Shown here one piece after another: positions 59,128 through 64,000 of a DNA stretch of 64,000 nucleotides (position 1 is the stretch's first letter; the number at the start of each line of letters is the position of its first letter). Origin of the DNA: Oceanispirochaeta sp. (GTDB lineage: Bacteria > Spirochaetota > Spirochaetia > DSM-2461); contig CAXXOA010000002.1 of assembly GCA_963666275.2 (NCBI GenBank), forward strand, positions 1,632,001 to 1,696,000. The letters run 5' to 3'. The notes under the pieces were generated by a model, which had not been told where the DNA came from, made no database searches, and saw only the letters and a program-made list of their open reading frames with translations. The translations under genes were made by a program, and so were the position numbers.

Positions 59128-59841
59128 ATGACTTTCTATTCCCTTCTTTCTCACTATTATGAAGAAATTTTCCCCTGCGATCCCGATCTGGTGGAGTTTA
59201 TTCTTTCCCGGACTGAAAAGGGCGATGCAATCCTGGATGCAGGCTGCGGAACGGGTGAGCTTGTCAGGAAACTGAATGAAAAAGGAGTGGATGCCCGGGG
59301 ATTTGACCTGGATCCCGGAATGGTAGCGCTGGCGGAAGAAAAGTCAGGCGGGAAAGGTCTGTTCAAAGAGGAAGATCTTCTCACATTCAGTAAAGCCTAT
59401 GGTCCTTCCTCCTTTTCTATACTCAACTGCGTCGGCAATACTGTGGCCCATATAGACAGGGAGGAGGTGACCAGATTTCTGGAGCAGGCCGGGACTGTTC
59501 TCCGTCCCCGGGGGATTCTGATCCTGCAGACTCTGAATTATGAAAGACTCACATCGGATGGCATTGATTTCCCTGACAGGAAAACAGAACATTGCCTTTT
59601 TCAGCGCTCCTACAGAAAGGGTGAGGAATCAGGTCTCTACTATTTCGAAACCCGCCTGACTGATCTCGACTCGGGAGAGCATTTTCCCAGCAGGGTCAGT
59701 CACTATCCCCTGAAGCCCGATGAGCTGGGAGAGCTGATCGAACAGAGCGGATACAGAAATATCAGATTCATGGGTGACTGGAAGGGGGAGCTGCCCTCTC
59801 CTGGGAAACTCCCTCTTATGGTGATGGCGGAAAGCTTATAG
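59128..59841 (+). CDS. Class I SAM-dependent methyltransferase
   Basis: ILDAGCGTG, G.DLD..M, C.GNT..H, L.P.G.L. Confidence 0.88.
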   Translation: MTFYSLLSHYYEEIFPCDPDLVEFILSRTEKGDAILDAGCGTGELVRKLNEKGVDARGFDLDPGMVALAEEKSGGKGLFKEEDLLTFSKAYGPSSFSILNCVGNTVAHIDREEVTRFLEQAGTVLRPRGILILQTLNYERLTSDGIDFPDRKTEHCLFQRSYRKGEESGLYYFETRLTDLDSGEHFPSRVSHYPLKPDELGELIEQSGYRNIRFMGDWKGELPSPGKLPLMVMAESL

Positions 59842-60903
59842 GGGAGAGAGGCTCCGCATGGTTTCCAGCCGCATCAGATGGTCTACAAGGACCAGAGCGG
59901 CCATGGATTCCATCACAGGGATGATCCGGGGACAGATAATCGGATCATGCCGTCCCTCTGTGCGGATTTCCGTTTCTTTCCCTTCCAGGTTTACCGTATG
60001 CTGCGCAGTTGAAATGGACGCTGTGGGTTTCACAGCCGCACGGAAAATGATCTCCTGACCTGTTGAAATCCCGCCGGTAATGCCTCCGGCATGGTTGGTG
60101 ACAAAGCCGTTTCTGTCCATGTCGTCGTTGTGGTCGGAGCCGAACATTTCAGCACAGGCAAACCCTTCACCGATTTCAAATCCCTTGACCGCGCCGATGG
60201 AAAGGATCGCCTTTCCCAGATCGGCTTCCAGTTTGTCAAAGACAGGCTCACCCAGCCCGGCGGGAACACCGTTTATCCTGCACTCTATGATTCCACCGGC
60301 GCTGTTTCCCTCTTCGATCAGCTTCTCCACAATCTTCTGTATTTTAACAGCCGCATCTGGATCGCAGGCTCTCATGGGGTTGGACTCTATCTGCTCGGGC
60401 ACATACTTTTCGCAGACAACGCCTGCCGCTGCTTTGGTGTAGGCCTGAATGGTTATCCCTCTGGTACTGAGTATCTTTTTGGCAAGAGCACCCGCAGCAA
60501 CACGTCCTGCTGTTTCCCTGCCCGAAGCCCTGCCGCTTCCGCGCCAGTCCCGTATCCCGTACTTCTGCTGATAGGTATAATCCGCATGACCTGGCCTGTA
60601 TTTGTCAAGAACATCATTGTAGTCGCTGGAAATTGTATTTGTATTCTGAAGCATCATCATAATAGGAGTTCCCGTGGTTTTCCCTTCGAATACACCGGAG
60701 GTTATGGTGACGATATCGCTCTCTTTCCGGGGGGTGGTCATATCGGACTGACCGGGTTTCCTTCTGTCCATTTCAGGCTGAATATCCTTTTCGGAAAGAG
60801 GTATTCCCGGAGGAACGCCGTCTACAATGACTCCCACTCCTTTTCCGTGAGACTCACCGAAGGTTGTGATTCTGAAAACTGTTCCAAAGGTATTTCCTGC
60901 CAT
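59836..60903 (-). CDS. aroC: Chorismate synthase
   Basis: TFGESHG, RPGHAD, R.SGRET, KPT.SI, GRHDP. Confidence 0.96.
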   Translation of the reverse strand: MAGNTFGTVFRITTFGESHGKGVGVIVDGVPPGIPLSEKDIQPEMDRRKPGQSDMTTPRKESDIVTITSGVFEGKTTGTPIMMMLQNTNTISSDYNDVLDKYRPGHADYTYQQKYGIRDWRGSGRASGRETAGRVAAGALAKKILSTRGITIQAYTKAAAGVVCEKYVPEQIESNPMRACDPDAAVKIQKIVEKLIEEGNSAGGIIECRINGVPAGLGEPVFDKLEADLGKAILSIGAVKGFEIGEGFACAEMFGSDHNDDMDRNGFVTNHAGGITGGISTGQEIIFRAAVKPTASISTAQHTVNLEGKETEIRTEGRHDPIICPRIIPVMESMAALVLVDHLMRLETMRSLSPL

Positions 60904-60920
60904 GATATTCTCCCTTTACT

Positions 60921-61466
60921 CTATATGCCCGTTTTTTTAATAAATGCTCTGAATCCCCGCTCAATGGCTTTCACTGCCTCATCCATGGTGAGGCCATCCA
61001 TGTCGACAAGGATATCACTGCATTCCCTGATGGTTCTGTTCCTCTGTTCATAGAGCCTGTGAAAGGACTCTTCAGGATGGGATGAATCCAGGAAAGGAGG
61101 GATCCCCTTGCGGAGAATCCTTTCCAGAAGGACCTCTTCCCGGTCAATCAAACCGCAGAGGCACAGAGATGACGCTTTCAGCTGTTTCCGGGCGGAGGGG
61201 TTTTCCAGAGTTCCTCCTCCCAGGGCCAGACAGCGGAAGCCGTCTTCCGGTTTGTTCAGATAGTTTTCCAGAGCGGAACTCTCAAGTTCCATAAAGGATT
61301 CCGCTCCTTTTTCCCTGTACCATTCCCTTATGGTGTACCCCCGGGGCAGCATCTCTACTATCAGGTCATCCAGGTCTGTGAAAATTCCTTTGTGAGACTG
61401 AGCCAGTAAACGGCCTTTTGTGGACTTTCCCGTGTGTTTGACACCTGCCAGGGCAATATGATTCAT
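60921..61466 (-). CDS. aroK: Shikimate kinase
   Basis: GVKHTGKST P-loop, DLD, G.E.F..LE, LGGG; upstream of aroC. Confidence 0.88.
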   Translation of the reverse strand: MNHIALAGVKHTGKSTKGRLLAQSHKGIFTDLDDLIVEMLPRGYTIREWYREKGAESFMELESSALENYLNKPEDGFRCLALGGGTLENPSARKQLKASSLCLCGLIDREEVLLERILRKGIPPFLDSSHPEESFHRLYEQRNRTIRECSDILVDMDGLTMDEAVKAIERGFRAFIKKTGI

Positions 61467-61587
61467 AGATGCATTTTTTCAGACTGGATGATTTTAGACA
61501 AGCCCCTAAATGATTGCAGAAAAAATCCGATAATAAAGAATATATAAATGGCGGAGATGATCACGGCTCTGCTGCAAGGAGTTCAAA

Positions 61588-61788
61588 ATGAAAGCATACA
61601 AAGTCAAAGGTACCATTGGTAGAACAGAGATACTTGAGGTTCTGAGGGAAAAACCCGAGGGCTTTCAGGTGAAAATCACCAGGAACTACAGTGACTGGAA
61701 AGAGGAAAAACGGGAATTCATGCCCCGGGAACTGTTCGAAACCTGCCTGCGGACCAGCTATCTGACAGAGGTATCCGGAACTCTTTAA
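61588..61788 (+). CDS. Small hypothetical protein (66 aa)
   Basis: AAGGAG RBS, fills the intergenic gap, followed by a terminator. Confidence 0.7.
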   Translation: MKAYKVKGTIGRTEILEVLREKPEGFQVKITRNYSDWKEEKREFMPRELFETCLRTSYLTEVSGTL

Positions 61789-61823
61789 AAATGTAGATTA
61801 AACCTGTTTTATTTCATAAAGTG

Positions 61824-61858
61824 AAAGATCCACCCGCCATAAGGGAGGATCTTTTTTT
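61824..61858 (+). terminator. Probable bidirectional terminator
   Basis: AAAGATCC...GGATCTTT stem with T7, between convergent genes. Confidence 0.65.
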
Positions 61859-61867
61859 ATGTCCGGA

Positions 61868-62476
61868 TTATTCCAGCCCCTGATCAAACCAGAATCCCAG
61901 ATGGTCTTTCAGTTCCTTGATTCCCTCTTTTTTGACAGAAGACAGGATCTGAATGCTCCAGGGAATCGGAAGGCCCCGCAGTTTATTGTTCATTTCCATC
62001 AGGGTTTTCTTTCGGGCTCCTGTTTTGAGCTTGTCCCCTTTGCTCAGGACAATATGAACCTCACGGTCACCGTCAACTGCCAGCTGCAGCATGGCTCTGT
62101 CCAGATCTGTGAGGGGATGGCGGATATCCATCAGTAGAACAATGCCCTTCAGGCACTCCCTGTGAAGAATATAATCGGTCATCTCCCTCTGCCAGCGTTC
62201 TTTCTCTTTGGGGGGAACTTTGGCGTATCCGTAACCGGGCAGATCGGCAAAACGGAGGCCGGACTGGACTTCAAAAAGGTTTATATGCTGGGTTTTGCCG
62301 GGCTGACCGCTTGTCTTTGCCAGATTCTTGCGGTTGGCCAGAGCATTGAGGGCACTGGATTTTCCCGCATTGGACCGGCCGGCAAAAGCGATTTCCATCC
62401 CTGTCGGGGCGGGGAGACTCTTCATATAGGGAGCGCTCGTTAAAAAACGGATATTACTGTATTTGATATCTGCCAT
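61868..62476 (-). CDS. engB: Ribosome biogenesis GTPase EngB/YihA
   Basis: EIAFAGRSNAGKSS, S..PGKTQ.IN.F, DLPGYGYA, K.DKL. Confidence 0.95.
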   Translation of the reverse strand: MADIKYSNIRFLTSAPYMKSLPAPTGMEIAFAGRSNAGKSSALNALANRKNLAKTSGQPGKTQHINLFEVQSGLRFADLPGYGYAKVPPKEKERWQREMTDYILHRECLKGIVLLMDIRHPLTDLDRAMLQLAVDGDREVHIVLSKGDKLKTGARKKTLMEMNNKLRGLPIPWSIQILSSVKKEGIKELKDHLGFWFDQGLE

Positions 62477-62587
62477 GGGGCAAATACTACAGGTATTGTG
62501 TCATCCTTTGAAGCCCCGGAAGACAAGTTTCAAATAATAATTCCAAGTGTAGGAAATCTCCGGTTAATATTGTATGATATTTCCCAT

Positions 62588-63664
62588 ATGAATACTAAAC
62601 TTATTACTGTGTTCCTGGGGCTTCTTACCCTTATGGCTCTGGGGGCTGTTCTTCATATTCTGCAGCCGCTTTTTCTGCCCCTTGTGGTGGCCGTGCTGCT
62701 CTCGTTTATTCTGGCACCCATAGTGGGACGGATTAACAGTAAAATTCCCAGGATCCTGGCTGTCTTTATGGTTATTATCCTTCTGATAGTAGCTCTCTAT
62801 GGAATAGGGTGGTTTTTCTATTCCAGTATCACAGCATTTATCTCGGTTTTAGGGTACTATCAGGACCGGTTCAATATCATTGTCCGGGAAATTATCCTCA
62901 GGTATAACCTGCCTTCCAATCTCCTTGAAATCCTTCAGCTCTCCAATGGACTGCGTTCGGGGCTGCTGAGCATTTCCATCTCCTTTGTCTCCTTTGCCGG
63001 GCAGCTTATCATCGTGCTGTTTTTTGTTGTGTTCATGCTTCTGGAAAATCCCCTTTCAGAAAAGAAAATGGAGCTGGCATTTAAAAACAAGGGAAGCGCC
63101 CGGGACCGGATCAGACGGATTATCCAGAAAATCAACAGCCAGATCACCCGCTACCTTTCAGTTAAACTGAGTATCAGTGTCGCCACTGGTGTGCTTGTGG
63201 GCGTTTCCCTCTACTTTATAGGGCTTGATTTCTATCTTATGTGGGGATTCTTTGCGATCCTCTTCAATTTTATTCCCAATATAGGTTCCTCCTTTATTAT
63301 GGCCGCTACGATCCTCATGTCTTTTATTCAGTTTTATCCCGATTGGAATCCCATAATCGCTACGATCATAGCTATGCCTGTGATACAGATGGTTCTGGGA
63401 AATTTTCTGGATCCCAAACTGCAGGGGAATCAGCTGGACCTGAGTCCTGTGGTGATCCTGGTCTCTCTTGTTTTCTGGGGCTGGATCTGGGGCATCGCCG
63501 GAATGTTTCTGGCTGTCCCCCTGACTGAGACAATCAAAATCATCTGCGCCAATGTGGATATACTCAAACCTGTCAGCATTCTTATGAGTTCCGGACGTGC
63601 CCTGGAGCCTCTGGAGCCTTTGGAGGATGGAACGGCAGGCGGGAATCATACAGCAGACAGTTAA
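62588..63664 (+). CDS. AI-2E family transporter
   Basis: PL..A.LLSF.L.P, NFIPNIGS, GN..DP..G..L.LSP, WG.IWG..G..LAVP. Start reassigned to ATG 62588. Confidence 0.9.
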   Translation: MNTKLITVFLGLLTLMALGAVLHILQPLFLPLVVAVLLSFILAPIVGRINSKIPRILAVFMVIILLIVALYGIGWFFYSSITAFISVLGYYQDRFNIIVREIILRYNLPSNLLEILQLSNGLRSGLLSISISFVSFAGQLIIVLFFVVFMLLENPLSEKKMELAFKNKGSARDRIRRIIQKINSQITRYLSVKLSISVATGVLVGVSLYFIGLDFYLMWGFFAILFNFIPNIGSSFIMAATILMSFIQFYPDWNPIIATIIAMPVIQMVLGNFLDPKLQGNQLDLSPVVILVSLVFWGWIWGIAGMFLAVPLTETIKIICANVDILKPVSILMSSGRALEPLEPLEDGTAGGNHTADS

Positions 63665-63835
63665 TCCTAAAGGGGTGGGCTGCTCCTTTCAGGAGGTATC
63701 ATGATCTGCTTGCAAAAGAGGATACATAGTTAATATAAATCAGAATACAATCCAGATTCTCTTATATCATGGGAGGTCTCTCTCTGATGAGTTGGTTTTT
63801 GTGATTGTGAAAAATGAAAGGAAAAGGAAGAGAGA

Positions 63836-64000
63836 GTGTTTAAAGCTGTAATCTTTGATATGGACGGGACCCTGCTGGACAGCGAACCCCTTTATCTGAA
63901 AGCCGACCTTTCGGTTGTGGCGGCCCATGGCGGTTTTATGACCGAAGCGGAGCATGACAAATACATCGGTGTGGGTAATAAGGCCTTTATGATAAGCATC
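63836..64000 (+). CDS. HAD-superfamily phosphatase (3'-truncated by window edge, not in ORF track)
   Basis: GTG 63836 translates to MFKAVIFDMDGTLLDSEP (DxDGT motif). Confidence 0.88.
   Translation, partial: MFKAVIFDMDGTLLDSEPLYLKADLSVVAAHGGFMTEAEHDKYIGVGNKAFMISI

Noticed and set aside
63691..63733. AGGAGG followed by a 10-codon ORF MICLQKRIHS
   Set aside because: Too short, no enriched residues or attenuator structure; cannot be supported.
63784..63820. CTGATGA...GAAA hammerhead-like core
   Set aside because: No convincing stems I-III could be formed.

Overview
The window is a gene-dense segment of a bacterial chromosome. It most likely comes from an anaerobic, free-living spirochaete (Spirochaetaceae); this is inferred from the archaeal-type PyrH, the 'FAxGQxD' signal peptides and the spirochaete-like acyltransferase. 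It holds housekeeping genes (pyrH, lolA, rodZ-like, rimO, uvrD/pcrA, rplM-rpsI-recX, eno, aroC/aroK, engB), a c-di-GMP/two-component signalling operon, DUF2023-flavodoxin, an opp peptide-transport cluster and a PerR-rubrerythrin-desulfoferrodoxin-rubredoxin oxidative-stress cluster. The rubredoxin gene is missing from the ORF track. The most unusual part is a ~21 kb locus (23.8-44.6 kb) with two convergent paralogous sugar ABC transporters, a rhamnose/fucose-type mutarotase and three UroD/MtaA-superfamily enzymes as its only other enzymes. It also has two signal-peptide-less regulators in which a copy of the transporter's own substrate-binding domain is fused to an AraC domain, and matching 17-bp tandem operator-like sites abut three promoters. 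REP-like palindromes bracket a DUF2721 gene at the centre of the locus. Next to it lies a divergent ProRS-like gene coupled to a UPF0158-GNAT fusion. No rRNA, tRNA, CRISPR array or transposase was recognised. All family calls come from motif recognition by eye, not database searches.
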